Positions 11,102-23,862 of a stretch of DNA of 64,000 bases are shown here, in pieces. The stretch lies in assembly GCF_006345805.1 (NCBI RefSeq), contig NC_042997.1:134416001-134480000 (forward strand), given 5' to 3'. The notes under the pieces were generated by a model that saw only the letters and a list, made by a program, of their open reading frames with translations, searched no databases and had not been told where the DNA came from. Each line of letters starts with the position of its first letter. Position 1 is the first letter of the stretch. The translations under genes were made by a program, and so were the position numbers. The DNA is from Octopus sinensis. Taxonomy: Eukaryota.

Positions 11102-11399
11102 TATATATATATATATAATATTAGGGATTCGAGTAAATCAAGTACGTAAATGATAGACAGCGGGTTGGGTGGAATTAATTTGCAAACAGCACCTTTAGTC
11201 GAATAATTATCATGGCTAGCGAAGTACACCCAGTGAAATATTCAGGTTATGCATACGGAGAATTTAACCCTGATGAGTATTGTAATAGCCCGTTGGCTAA
11301 TCCAAATGAGTACGTTGCATTGCTCCTACGCTATATGATGCACTGCAGAATGTCCGATGAGTCAGGATTCAAGTCAGTTGTATTATGAACAAATAAATA

Positions 11400-12620
11400 A
11401 CAAACGATGGATAAGTGTCACTTCATTACAGCCGTTTCAAACAGAATTTTTTGATAGATAAATAAATACATTACATCATAACTAAGAACAAACCGCATTC
11501 TTCAGACAATATCAGAATAATATAAGAACAACACTTGACCACAGTGGGCAAACCAAACTTGATTCCTGCCAAGGTTACCTTGGAATGAGAGAAGAAAGTA
11601 AAACTAGGATGAGATTAAGTCGTTAGTTAGTGGGTAGGGCGTACAAAAGATTTATAGGTTCAGGATAGTTAGTGAGCATGTTAGGGGTGGGTGAAAGAAA
11701 GAAAGACAAACAGTCTAGTTCGTTATTACAAGTTGTAAGATAATGTTTGAGTTAATTATTTATCTCCTTGCTATTCATTTTATTAGATTTTATTTTATTT
11801 TATTTTTTATTACATTAGGATCTGAGAGAGGGATGAAACTAAGTTAAATGATATTTACGGCAGCTAAGCATTCAATAAGAGTGCAGCATAAAGGTAATCA
11901 ATATTAAAGAGAAGACGAAAGAACTCGAGTAGGAGTTCGGGGTTATAACAGGAAATAGTGGTGACAATAACGAGTGGATGATAATAATACGTAAATGGTA
12001 TGGGTGAGATTATATGAATTATGAAAATATAGATATAGAAGCAATAGTAATTCATAATAATCAACAAGAGTAATAAGGATAATACATCAACTATCAGGAT
12101 GCTTTAAGGTAGTTGTACACTAAACATAATTAATACAGGGGGGATAATAAGAATATAAAACAGAATAAGGGGTTTACGAGAACGCTGATAATTAAAGAGT
12201 GGTAGTATCTTGGCCGATGACTTTTCTGAGTCAGGCACAAGATAGTTAAGATACCAGTATAAAGCCATCATAGGTTTTAAACAGACATACTTATATAAAA
12301 AGATATGTATAGTTTAAAGGAAATATTATAAAATGGATAAGAAAAAATAGGTTGTGGTATTATTTGAATGATACTAAATATCATTCAAATAATAGAGTTC
12401 CGCGGGTAAAACAAAAGTTATCTAGTATATATCACATAATATTGAGAGGAGAAGAGGATATACCAGATCTGTATGGTTTGTATGTTATCGGTCATGTGGC
12501 TATCCTTTAGTTACATTTCTAGTTTGTTTAATAAGTGTAATGAAGGATAATAGGTAATTAAAATGTATGGGCCTCTATTATATATGATTAGATCCGATGG
12601 GATAAAATAAATGCTCAGTC
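11400..12620 (-). mobile_element. Decayed Penelope-like element remnant with a downstream hammerhead-like motif
   Basis: Minus-strand peptides ILITYYPSLHLLNKL and LPLFNYQRSRK resemble the post-RT region of PLEs. CTGAAGA...GAAAC-GGCT-GTA at 11505-11427. Confidence 0.4.
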
Positions 12621-13039
12621 ACTCTATCCATTTTTCCATCGAATCCTCAACGAATTAACATGAGATCTCCGAACGACAATGTAAGCTTCATATAATCAAG
12701 TTATCCTTCGCCTGAAGAGAAGCTTGCTATCTATCCCGCGTGTGAATAATTTGCTACTTCTGAGATTCTGCAAGCTATGAAACATGTAGCCTGGATTTAA
12801 CTATTCTATTTCCAAAATTTGGGATGTTTATTCGCAAATACAACAACCGCTGTTGCTAACCGTGAACTGTAAAATTAACCTTTTTCAGCCTGTCGTACTT
12901 CGATACGAGAAAAAAAATCAGATCACTGCTTTGTGCGCCAATAAACCACTATTATTCCAGAAATTTGTTTTTTTTTAATATGTTTTACAGATTGCCTGAA
13001 GCTCACTAACTTCTTACACCTTGATCCTTGGTTCTTACC

Positions 13040-13042
<3 letters not shown>

Positions 13043-13071
<29 letters not shown>

Positions 13072-13110
13072 CATACATACATACATACATACATACATAC
13101 ATACATACAT
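13043..13110. repeat. (TACA)n microsatellite
   Basis: Direct inspection. Confidence 0.95.
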
Positions 13111-13289
13111 CAGAAGGGAATAACCGAGAGAAGAACAATAAACAAAATAAATTAGCCGTAATCAGGCAGCAGTGTACAGACATGAGAGGAGGAGCAGTAA
13201 ACATCACGGAAGCTCCTTCACGAGGACTCCTTCTGGGGGAAAATCTGGAGTAAAGAGAATGAATTTAACCAAGATATTCAGTGGCTGGA

Positions 13290-14932
13290 AGAAATCCGAA
13301 TAAGCTATTGCTCCTGCGTTAAATCCAGTACAATTAACATTGATGGTGAAACTCTTGGAAGGTTACTTTCAAGGCAGTGAAGTGCATAAAGGCAGAAAAC
13401 ACCGAACTTGATACTACAGCAGCTATTCGAAACCTAGACCAATTCGAAGTATACAAATATCTGGGAACCAATGAAGGTAATGGTATCCAGCACTCTAAAA
13501 TGAGAAAGAGAAAATCCGCAAGGAATGCAACCGAAGAGTAAGAATGGTCCTAAACTCAGAATTAAATGCTGCTAACAGAATTAATGTGATCAATTCTTTG
13601 ACCACATATAGCTTCGGAATCATTTAGTTGAGTCTCACTGATATGCAAAAAATGGATGGAAAGATCCGTAAAATCCCTTACAAGGTACCGAATGCACCAT
13701 CCAAAATCAGATGTAGAAAGGATTCATCACTAAAGAAAAATAGGTGGAAGATGCTTGATGCAGATCGAACAATCTTTCAAATCAACAATAATAGGACTTG
13801 AAACGTACCTTAATACAAGTGATGTGCTCTTACTAACTGCACTGAAGCATGAAGATTCCAAGTAAGCTTCACTAATGAAGCTTAGTAAGAAATTTTAAAA
13901 GTCTCTTGACCTGCAAGTTAACAATAAGAATGGCCAAAGACACCCAAATACTGACAGACCTACTATTGATTCTCCTGATTTAGAAATTAACAATTAGAAA
14001 GACCAACGAGATCCAAATAGTGACAAACCTATCATTGATGCAAAAACATCAAACAAAAATCAAAGAAGGCTTGCATAAATAATATCGAAGACAAACTCCT
14101 GCATGGAAAATACTCTAACCACCTGTCCAAGCTAGATATTGCTCCAAACTTAGCACACCAATAGCTACAAGGGACAGGTCTGAAAGGGGAAACAGAACGT
14201 TTTGTTATTGCAGCGCAAGATCAGAGCTTACCTACAAGAAACTGCCATGCAAATATCCTTCAAGACTCCTCTTGCAGAATTTGCGGAAAATTCAGAGACA
14301 ATTGATCATGTTGGTTCTGACCGCAGAGTGCTCGCTGAAAATGAGTGCGTCATAAGGTATGACAGACTAGGGCCGTACATCCACTGCAATGCTTGTAAGT
14401 ACTACAAAATTAAATTCCATAATAACTGGTACAGGCACCATGCAGAGGATGAAGTAAATAGTGAGTGCGTCACTTATCCTTTGCAACTTTCTAATACAAA
14501 CAAACAGAAAACTGACTCCAATCGACTAGACATTGTGATGAAGGTCTACAAAAGAGGAACTTGTCTGTTAATATATATGTCAGTCCCACAAGATCAAAAT
14601 GTCTCCAGAAAAGAATCACAAATTGAAATCACAAATATGTGGAAATTTAGTACTACGATAATACCAGTAGTAATTGGTGTATTGGTGATAGTAAAGAAGG
14701 GAGCTGAGAATTATGTTAAGCAACTCCCTGGAAACTCCAAACTGCGTGAACTGCAAAAGATAACCTTCATGGGCACAACACATACTACGGAAAGCACTCT
14801 CCATTTAAAATGGAATAAATGTGGGGCCAGTATTAGCATGCACAGCAAAGGAAAAGCGCCCTAGCTACTCTTAGCCTCCGGAGAATGCCTGGTACTAAGG
14901 CAACTGAAATAAAGTTATAATGAAAAGAAACC
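13290..14932 (+). mobile_element. R4/Dong-clade non-LTR retrotransposon fragment (RT C-terminus to restriction-like endonuclease), decayed
   Basis: [54 protein letters not shown]; ends at a (TAA)n array. Confidence 0.8.
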
Positions 14933-14934
14933 AT

Positions 14935-14935
14935 A

Positions 14936-14982
<47 letters not shown>

Positions 14983-15041
14983 TGATGATGATGATGATAA
15001 TAATAATAAAAACACCAATAATAATAATAATAAAAATAATA

Positions 15042-15101
<60 letters not shown>

Positions 15102-15114
15102 TAACAACAACAGC

Positions 15115-15162
<48 letters not shown>

Positions 15163-15232
15163 AATAATAATAATGATGATGATAATAACAACAACAATAA
15201 TAATAATAATAATAATAAATATTATTATTATT
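14935..15232. repeat. (TAA)n/(GAT)n/(CAA)n compound microsatellite
   Basis: Direct inspection. Confidence 0.95.
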
Positions 15233-15235
15233 GTG

Positions 15236-16278
15236 ACAGAAATGACAGAAAAATTTAAGGTGGAGTACTTGCGAAGACTGAGACTAATCCTTAAGTCGAA
15301 ATTAAACTGACGGAATAAGAATGAAGCTATAAACATCTGGGCGGTTTCAATAGTTAGATATAAACGAGGGGCAATCACACGGATAGTAGACGAAGTAAGC
15401 AGCTTAGACAGAAAAAGGGCGTTGCTGACTAGATATGGGATACTCCACCCAAAACGTGACACAGACAGATTTATGTACCAAGAAAAAAGTGGCGAGAGGA
15501 GTGATTGAATGCGAACACAGCATTAGAGCAGAAGAAAACTACATAGCATGGTATGTAAAAAAAATTCCATAGAACTGCTATCATTGGAAGTAAGAAGGTC
15601 TGGCTTGTGTAGGATGCAAGATTGCAAAGATAAAGCACTGTACAAGCACTTGAGAGTTAATGAAACTGAAAATAGGTGGATAATGAAAAGAATGCATGGA
15701 CAATTTCATAGGGGTAGTGAAAATAGACCAGAGAGAGAAAGAAGATGTGTATGGATAACTAAAAGTGATTTAAGACAGGAAACGGGGGCTCTAATCGATG
15801 CTACCCAAGAGCAAGCATTAAGAATCAATTACATCAAATACTGAATAGACATAACATCAAAACGTGACGAGTGCAGAATGTGTAGACAAAATGGTGAAAC
15901 CGTATGGCATATCACCAGTCAATGTACGCCACTAGACCAGAAAGAATATAAGAGACGTCATGACAATATAGCAAGGATTGTCCATTGGACACTTTGCGAC
16001 AAGTACAGACTTGAGAGTGCAAAAAGGTGGTACGAACATAAACCCGAAGGCATAATCGAAAATGAGAATACAAAGATCCTATGGGATTTTATGATTCAGC
16101 GCGACCAAGAGGAAATTGGAATAGAGTTCCCAGTAGAACTGTTACAAAAGCTTTGCTCCCTTGGCAGGGCCAGAATGGTCAAGAAAGTATTTAGATAGCT
16201 GAAATGAGCGAGTAGCACGGTAGTAAGCCTGCTACGCATGCAAGATTCCAGCAGCTCCAACAAAACTTGTAATAAAGA
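15236..16278 (+). mobile_element. R4/Dong-clade fragment (second copy)
   Basis: MHGQF, ETGALIDATQEQALRINYIK, CRMCRQNGETVWHITSQC..QKEYKRRHDNIA..VHW, KILWDF; followed by (TAA)n at 16282-16378. Confidence 0.85.
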
Positions 16279-16279
16279 G

Positions 16280-16356
<77 letters not shown>

Positions 16357-16379
16357 TTAATAATAATAATAATAATAAC

Positions 16380-17146
16380 GATGAATCCTTTTAGTAAGAA
16401 TGAAAAAGAGATAGATTCATTAATAAAGACTGTAAGACTCTTCAACATAGATATAGGCATAGAATCTGATATAGATAACTGTACAGTATTAGTCACGAGA
16501 GGGGGACAAGCAATCAACAGTGAAGACATCCAATTACCAGATGGCCAAGAATAAATATCATTGAAAAGAGGAGAGAGTTACAAGTATACAAGGAGTATTA
16601 GGACCTGACAGAGTACTAACTACAGAAATGAAAACGAAAATTAAGAAGGCGTACATCAAAAGGGTGAGGAAGCTAATGAAGTGAAAGCTAAATGGTCCGA
16701 ATCTAGTGAAGGCAGTAAATACGTGGGCAGTTTCATTAATTAGATACTTAGCAGTTTTTGTAGATTAAACAAAAATTGAATTACCAAATCTAGACAGAAG
16801 AACTAGGAAGGAATTTAATATGAATTGAGGACTCCACCCAAGGGCAAGAAAGCAAGATTATATCTACCTAGAAAGGAAGGTAGAAAAGGGCTAACATTAG
16901 TAGAAGACTGTATGGAGTTAGCTAGAGTAGATATAGACTCCTCTGTAGGTAATTGTGAAGAAAGTTTATTAAAAGCTGCTAGAGTTTCACGAAGACACAG
17001 AGAAACGAAAAACAAAAGCAAAGATAAAAACCAGAAAAAAGAACAGAAATTATCTGACTGGGAGGAGAAGGCGTTGTATGGTAGATTCCCTAAGTAGTAC
17101 CAAGTAGTAGTAGTGAAACATGGTTATGATTGCAGAAGGAAAAGTT

Positions 17147-17189
<43 letters not shown>

Positions 17190-17360
17190 CGACAGAGGGA
17201 GGGAGAGAGAGGCGGTAAGTTTATTAGCAGCTGCATAATATCAAGCATTAAGGACTAATTGGATAAAAGCCAAAATAGACAGAAATGAAGTAGATTCCCA
17301 GCGTAGATTATGCAAATGAAAAGCGTAAAGTGTTACTCATATAGTAAGTGAATGTAACAT
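16380..17360 (+). mobile_element. R4/Dong-clade fragment (third copy)
   Basis: ARLYLPRKEGRKGLTLVEDC, WEEKALYGRF, start of the CCHC knuckle. Confidence 0.8.
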
Positions 17361-17364
17361 GTTT

Positions 17365-17557
17365 GAATAATTCACCTCTGGAAACATGGGTGTTTCGTTC
17401 AACATCCCTAAACAACCCTTACTCAGGGACCTTTTGAGCAGGATGGGTTAGTCGACCAGAAGAAAATTCTAACTGGGCCCCACCTACAAGGTCATGTGCT
17501 GTTTATCTTGATATGAGATCATCATGTCGCGCACATATGGTTGTGATGCATGTGGCT
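17365..17557 (-). mobile_element. Internal fragment of the ~560-bp element family (see 60031-60589)
   Basis: Matches about 60300-60495 closely (ttcacctctggaaacat...gttgtgatgcatgtg). Confidence 0.85.
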
Positions 17558-18290
17558 GGTAACGATGAGATTGAAACAATGGACCACCTAATCTCAGGGT
17601 GTAGAGTCTTAACACCCGTAGAATATAAAGCAAGAAAGAACAGAGTCTGCCAGTATTTACACTGGACAATATGTCGGTATTATAAAATCAAAACCGCTGA
17701 CAATTGTTATAAGCACCATCCTGAAGCTGTGACTAAGGGAGAAAACGTAACGATTCTATGGGACTTCCCCGTACATACCGACAAAACTATAAAAGCTAAT
17801 AAACCGGATATTATTATGAAAGATCAGACAAAAAAGGTGTATTATTTAATTGACATGAGTCTTCCTTGCGATCACAATATAGCTGCGAAAGAATTTGACA
17901 ATTTCAGTAAATATAAACACTTGCTAATAGAAACTGAAAAAAATGTGGCATCTCAAGGCGACTACAGTACCAGTGACTGTAGGATCTCTAAGAATGATAA
18001 CAAAAAGGTACTGATACCAGGCTTACCATCCCTACAGGAAGTGCAAAAAATCGTGTTAACTGGAACGGCTCATGTACTGAGAAGAGCATTATCGCTGTGA
18101 AAACAACATCCATTCATGAAGTTATTCATTTATTAATTTTTTAAATACATATTTTACTTGTGAATGTGCGTGTGTAATCTGGGAATGCATACAAAGGGCT
18201 TCACTGCCCTAGATGTACGAAAAACACTCGTCGAGAAACGGGAGAAAATTTGAAGAAAGAAGGAAAAATAAAATACTAATACTCCTGATA
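17558..18290 (+). mobile_element. R4/Dong-clade 3' end with restriction-like endonuclease domain
   Basis: ORF 17513..18100: ETMDHLISGC..EYKAR, ILWDFPVHTDKTIKANKPDII, LIDMSLP..KEF...KY (PD-(D/E)xK). Confidence 0.85.
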
Positions 18291-19417
18291 TTAAATAAAA
18301 TACCCATACTCCTGGCCAGCTACAATGTTTGGTAGAGTGCCATCTAAGCCCTTTGGTTTACATAAATTATAGAAATGATTTTATTAAAATAGGTGAATTA
18401 TCCTCGAAGATTCTAGTTAGTAGTAATTTCGGAAATTATTTTAAGAATTAAAAATTTCTATAATAGTTTCATGCTTAATCCTGTCTGCGACTTAATATGC
18501 TCGATCGATCGATATATCGCTAATACAAATTATGAAATATACTATTTATGCTGGACACGCTTCCATAGGAGAGTGCATGAGAAACTTAATATCTTTAAGC
18601 ATGGTAAAACCAATTCCGTTTTTCAGATGGTAATTCATTTTCTAAGACAAATCCAATAGTTTGATGAATATGCCTTCAGTCCGGACAATTCAAGGATATA
18701 CAAGGCAACATACAGGTTGAGTAATGCCAGGTATTCTGTTAGTATAGAAAAAAAAACTAAAAAAAACAACTAAACATTATTGCGTACATCCAAATAACTT
18801 TGAAGTAGTTTTTAAGCATTCGAATTTTATCTGACTGGTTTTTCTCTTCAACGACATGAAACTATGTAAATATGCTTAGATTCTGTCCGTGATGCCGACA
18901 TTTAACGATGTAATTTAATGCTTTTTTTCCTAGGTGTTTATGACATTGCACGCAGTAATGAATAGGTATTAAGAACCTGTGTGACTTAGTACAAGGAAGA
19001 GCTTCATGGGAAGCATAATACTTATCGCAGTAGGAGACTCAATCTCTGTCCCGCCACAGGTTATCTGTTTACACTTACTCCCGGTCTCTTTATTATACCG
19101 TTAACTCATTCCGCTCACTTGTCTAAAACAATTATTGCGAACCATTTTGTATACCATGTTGCTTACAACAGTGAAAAATGTGTTAAACGGAAATTATCGC
19201 ACATTTTGCGTTATATAATTAGACAAGGTTATTTATCACTTAATGATCAGTGGGGAGTACACGTTCTCTCTCTCTCACATACACACACACACACACGCAT
19301 GCACACACGTATGGGTTGTACATACATTCCCATAAATTGCCATATAGAGAGATTCTCATGAATTCAAATACATGTGCATACCATAAATTGATAATTTTTA
19401 TATATATTTTTCATAAA

Positions 19418-19632
19418 GGTGGCGAGCTGGCAGAAACGTTAGCACGCCGGGCGAAATGCGTAGCTGTATTTCGTCTGCCGTTACGTTCTGAGTTCAAATT
19501 CCGCCGAGGTCGACTTTGCCTTTCATCCTTTCGGGTCGATAAATTAAGTACCAGTTACGTACTGGAGTCGATATAATCGACTTAATCCGTTTGTCTGTCC
19601 TTGTGTGTCCTTGTGGGTAGTAGAGAAATAGG
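19418..19632 (+). mobile_element. SINE family B copy
   Basis: Near-identical to 8399-8645. Confidence 0.85.
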
Positions 19633-19981
19633 TAATTTTTATATTCACATTGACATACTTGTATGATTTCATATGAACTAAAATATTTTGATAAATTGGT
19701 GTGTGTACATGCACAAATACAAATATATACATGCACATTTTTATATACGCATGCATACATACTTATACACACACTCACTCATCCGCTCACACACACATGC
19801 ACACACATTTATATAGCATTATTCATTTCACAAAGTTCCCGTTCACACACCTGTAAATGTATACACTTGCGACGGTCAAGCGTCTCGTTCCAGGGAAGTA
19901 TGATTTCGGTGACTTACACTCCATGAGAACCGAGTAACCGTCTCTATGCTTCTTAGGACTCGATATAATAATGCTTAGTGG

Positions 19982-20186
19982 TTTTACTCTTTTACTTGTT
20001 TCAGTCATTTGACCTTCGGCCATGATGGAGCACCGCATTTAGTCGAGCAAATCGACCTCAGGACTTATTTCTTTGTAAGCCTAGTACTTATTCTATCGGT
20101 CTCTTTTGCCGAACCGCTAAGTTACGGAGACGTAAACACACCAGCATCGGTTGTCAAGCGATGTTGGGGAGACAAAAACAGACACT

Positions 20187-20250
<64 letters not shown>

Positions 20251-20409
20251 CATATATACATATATACGACGGGCTTCTCTCAGTTTCCGTGTACCAAATC
20301 CACTCAGAAGGCTTTGGTCAGTCCTCGGCTATAGCAGAAGGTGCCACGCAGTGAGACTGAATCCGGAACCATGTGGTTGGTAAGCACGCTACTTACAAAC
20401 CGCCACTCC
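19982..20409 (-). mobile_element. SINE family C, near full length with internal (CA)n/(TA)n
   Basis: tRNA-like head GGAGTGGCGGTTTGTAAGTAGC..GGATTCAGTCTC; LINE-like tail. Confidence 0.8.
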
Positions 20410-20557
20410 TATGATAAATAAAGTTAACTTCGGTCGCATTTGAATTTAATACTTAAACAGCCAAAAGAAATGCTGCTAAGCATTTAGTCAGTCACGCAAA
20501 GAATTCTGCCAAATCGTCACCTTAAATTATAATTTAACAAGAACACTGAGATAGCGC

Positions 20558-20938
20558 AAACCTCCGCCAAGGCAACACCAGCATCCTCTCAACGATTAGC
20601 CAAAGAGGATTTTTAATATGAGAATATCTGAAATAAACTCAACTGTTCTCACAAGCGAGAATACTAAAAAAGAACCAGACTGCCATAAAAAATTAAGTAA
20701 AAAAAAAAAAACGTAAAATAATCCAGAATCCTTGTTTGGTCCTGAATCGATCCCAGAATCCTTGTCTGGTCCTGAATCGATCCCAAAATCCAGTCAGTTC
20801 GTGCCAGTTACGAAGCCAAACTTCCCTGAAAGTTTCATCCGAATCCATTCGGCGGTTCTTGAGATAACTTGTCCACGGACAAACAAACAAACACGACTGA
20901 AAACAATACCTCCGCCTTTACTAAGGCAGAGGTAGTAT
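20558..20938 (+). mobile_element. Helentron/DINE-1-like non-autonomous element
   Basis: ACCTCCGCC near both ends, 3' hairpin CCTCCGCCTT-TACT-AAGGCAGAGG, 30-bp tandem core (20723-20782), (CAAA)n. Confidence 0.5.
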
Positions 20939-20959
20939 TAATATTTTCTGTTATAGGTA

Positions 20960-21940
20960 CAAGACCTGAAACTTTCGGGGGAAGCGGCTTGTCGATTACA
21001 ACGACCCCAGTGCTCTGCTGATTCTTTATTCATCGGCTCAGAAACGATGAAAGGATGACTTTAAAGCGGAATTTGTACACAGAAGGTAAAGCCGGATGAA
21101 TTGTTTCTAAGCATTTTTTTCCGACGTGCTAACAATTCTTGCAGCTCGTCGCTTCATTATAATATAATAATAATACAACTAGTACTAGGCAGCAATGAAT
21201 TATATGCACGCCTTATAATTTAACAATAATCCGTTCTAGTATTGGCACAAGGCTCGAAATTTGGCGAGAGAGGTAAGTCAATTACATCGACTCCATTGTT
21301 CAACTAGTACTTCATTTATCGACTCCGAAAGGATGAAATGTAAAGTCGACCTCAGCGGAATTTGAACTCAGAATTTGACTCAGAAACGATGAAAGAATGA
21401 GTTCAAAGTGGAATTTGAACTCAGAACATAAGGACAGACGAAATACCTGTTTCTTTATTACCGACAAGGGGCTAAACATAGAGCAGACAAACAAGGACAG
21501 ACAAACGGATTAAGTCGATTACATCGACCCCAGTGCGTAACTAGTACTTAATTTACCGACCCCGAAAGGATGAAAGGCAAAGTCGACCTCGGCGGACTTT
21601 GTACTCAGAACGTAACGGCAGACGAAATACGTCTACGCATTTCTCCCGGCGTGCTAACGGTTCTGCCAGCTCACCGCCTTAGACAGACGAAATACCGCTA
21701 AGCACTTTGCCCGGTGTGTTAACAGTTCTGCCAAATCGCCGCCTTATTATCTATACCTATATATTCCTTTCTATTCTAGGCACAAGGCTCGAAATTTTGG
21801 GAAAGAGAGCCAGTCGATTAGATCGACTCCAGTACGCAACTGGTACTTAATTTTTCGACGCCAAAAGGATGAAAGGCAAATTTGATCTCGGCGGGATTTG
21901 AACTCAGAACGTAACACGTACGAAATACCGTTTAGCAGAT
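20960..21940 (-). mobile_element. Pile-up of about 5 SINE family B copies/fragments
   Basis: Repeated GAAAGGATGAAAGGCAAAGTCGACCTCGGCGGAATTTGAACTCAGAA segments. Confidence 0.8.
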
Positions 21941-22229
21941 GTCTGTGTATTTGCATGCATGTGCATAATGCCAATGAAGGAGTGAGAGGGGAGAGAAATA
22001 AACAGAGAAGCAAAATGAGGAAGAGGCTCTTTACTTCCCCTCCTCCACCTCCTTATTCTTCACACTTTCTTTCAATAGTATACTTCCTTTTTAGCACCCT
22101 GTATTTTTGTTCGCTTTTAAGCTCCCCTTTCTCTTTTCGGCCTAGCACAGAGATTTCCTTCGAGAGCATGTCTAACCCTGCCTGGATTCTTCTTTTCCAC
22201 CATGGATATTATCCTATGACACTCCCGTA

Positions 22230-23095
22230 ATATTTCTTTTTCTTGACATCATCATCCACATTTTCTGCTACAATGATACTTGCTGCCTTCATCTAAATTG
22301 TTTGTTTCTGTGGTGCTTTTTCTTCTGATGTATTTCAGAATTTCATTCGCATTTTTCGTTTCTTGGTTCAATTTTCACCGATCAACTTTTTAAGGTTGCG
22401 AATAATGTCGCTATCTTTCCCCTGTAGTCTTGCCTTTATTTTGTCGTAGATTGACTTTTGCCCACCTGCCATGTCACCATTGTCTTCTTTCAAACCATCT
22501 CTATGCCTCTCATCGAGCAAGCTATCTCTGTTCCTTTCCTGTGATTTATTAGAGATTTCACCTCTGTTTTCTGCTATGAGATTACCTTTATCCGTAGGAA
22601 CTTTATTTTCATCGTTTCCTCAGCTGCTTGTCATAGCTTCGAGCCCTACTTCTACGAACCAACGATCTTTTCTTATTGCTCTAGCTTGATCACATAATCT
22701 CTGATGAAGCAATCTTCTTTCTCTCCATTGATCGTACATACGTTGGTAGTATCGCCTAAGATAAACTCCATTTTCGTCTACGGAGTTACTCAGGTAGTAA
22801 CACTCTATGACCACAGCATCGGCTTTTTTGTTCCATCTACGCCGTGTGTGCTGGTCCCCTGTTGGATAACGACAGGCTGGAATCGGACCAGTATCTCTGA
22901 GCCTGCCGGGTACAACATTGTCAACATCAAGGGCTTCAATTTAATTACCTCCATTATTCACAATATCTTATTTTTTTCATTGTCAATCATATGAGGTAGC
23001 GATTATCAGGTTGCGCAATTACCAGTGTTTTTAGTGTGAACCCATCAGCAGATATATCATCAATCAGAGAATAGGGAGATTCTAAACGCTTCTTT
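22230..23095 (-). mobile_element. R4/Dong-clade 5' ORF fragment
   Basis: YLRRYYQRMYDQW...QRLCDQARAIRKDRWFVEVGLE resembles the R4/Dong N-terminus; adjoins an (ATT)n array. Confidence 0.6.
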
Positions 23096-23099
23096 TCAT

Positions 23100-23199
23100 T
23101 ATTATTATTATCATCACTAATATTATTATTTTCATGATTTGTGGTTAAATTATTATTATCATCATTATTCTTATTACCACGATTATTACCAGCATAATG

Positions 23200-23233
<34 letters not shown>

Positions 23234-23280
23234 TTATAATTCTTCTTCTTCTTCTTCTTCTTCTTCTTCTTCTTCTTTTT

Positions 23281-23311
<31 letters not shown>

Positions 23312-23364
23312 TTATTATTAATATTATTATTATTATTATTACTATTATTATTATTATTATTATA

Positions 23365-23396
<32 letters not shown>

Positions 23397-23517
23397 CATC
23401 ATCATCATCATCATCATTATTATTATTATCATCACTAATATTATTATTTTCATGATTTGTGGTTAAATTATTATTATCATCATTATTCTTATTACCACGA
23501 TTATTACCAGCATAATG

Positions 23518-23553
<36 letters not shown>

Positions 23554-23685
23554 TTATAATTCTTCTTCTTTTCTTCTTCTTCTTCTTCTTCTTCTTTTTC
23601 TTCTTCTTCTTCTCTTCTTCTTCTTCTTCTTATTATTATTAATATTATTATTATTATTATTACTATTATTATTATTATTATTATA

Positions 23686-23717
<32 letters not shown>

Positions 23718-23776
23718 CATCATCATCATCATCATCATTATTATTATTATCATTATTATTATTATTATTATTTTTA

Positions 23777-23860
<84 letters not shown>
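23100..23860. repeat. (ATT)n/(CTT)n/(ATC)n compound microsatellite, tandemly duplicated with 318-bp period
   Basis: Unique anchor tcatcactaatattattattttcatgatttgtggtt at 23111 and 23429. Confidence 0.9.
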
Positions 23861-23862
<2 letters not shown>

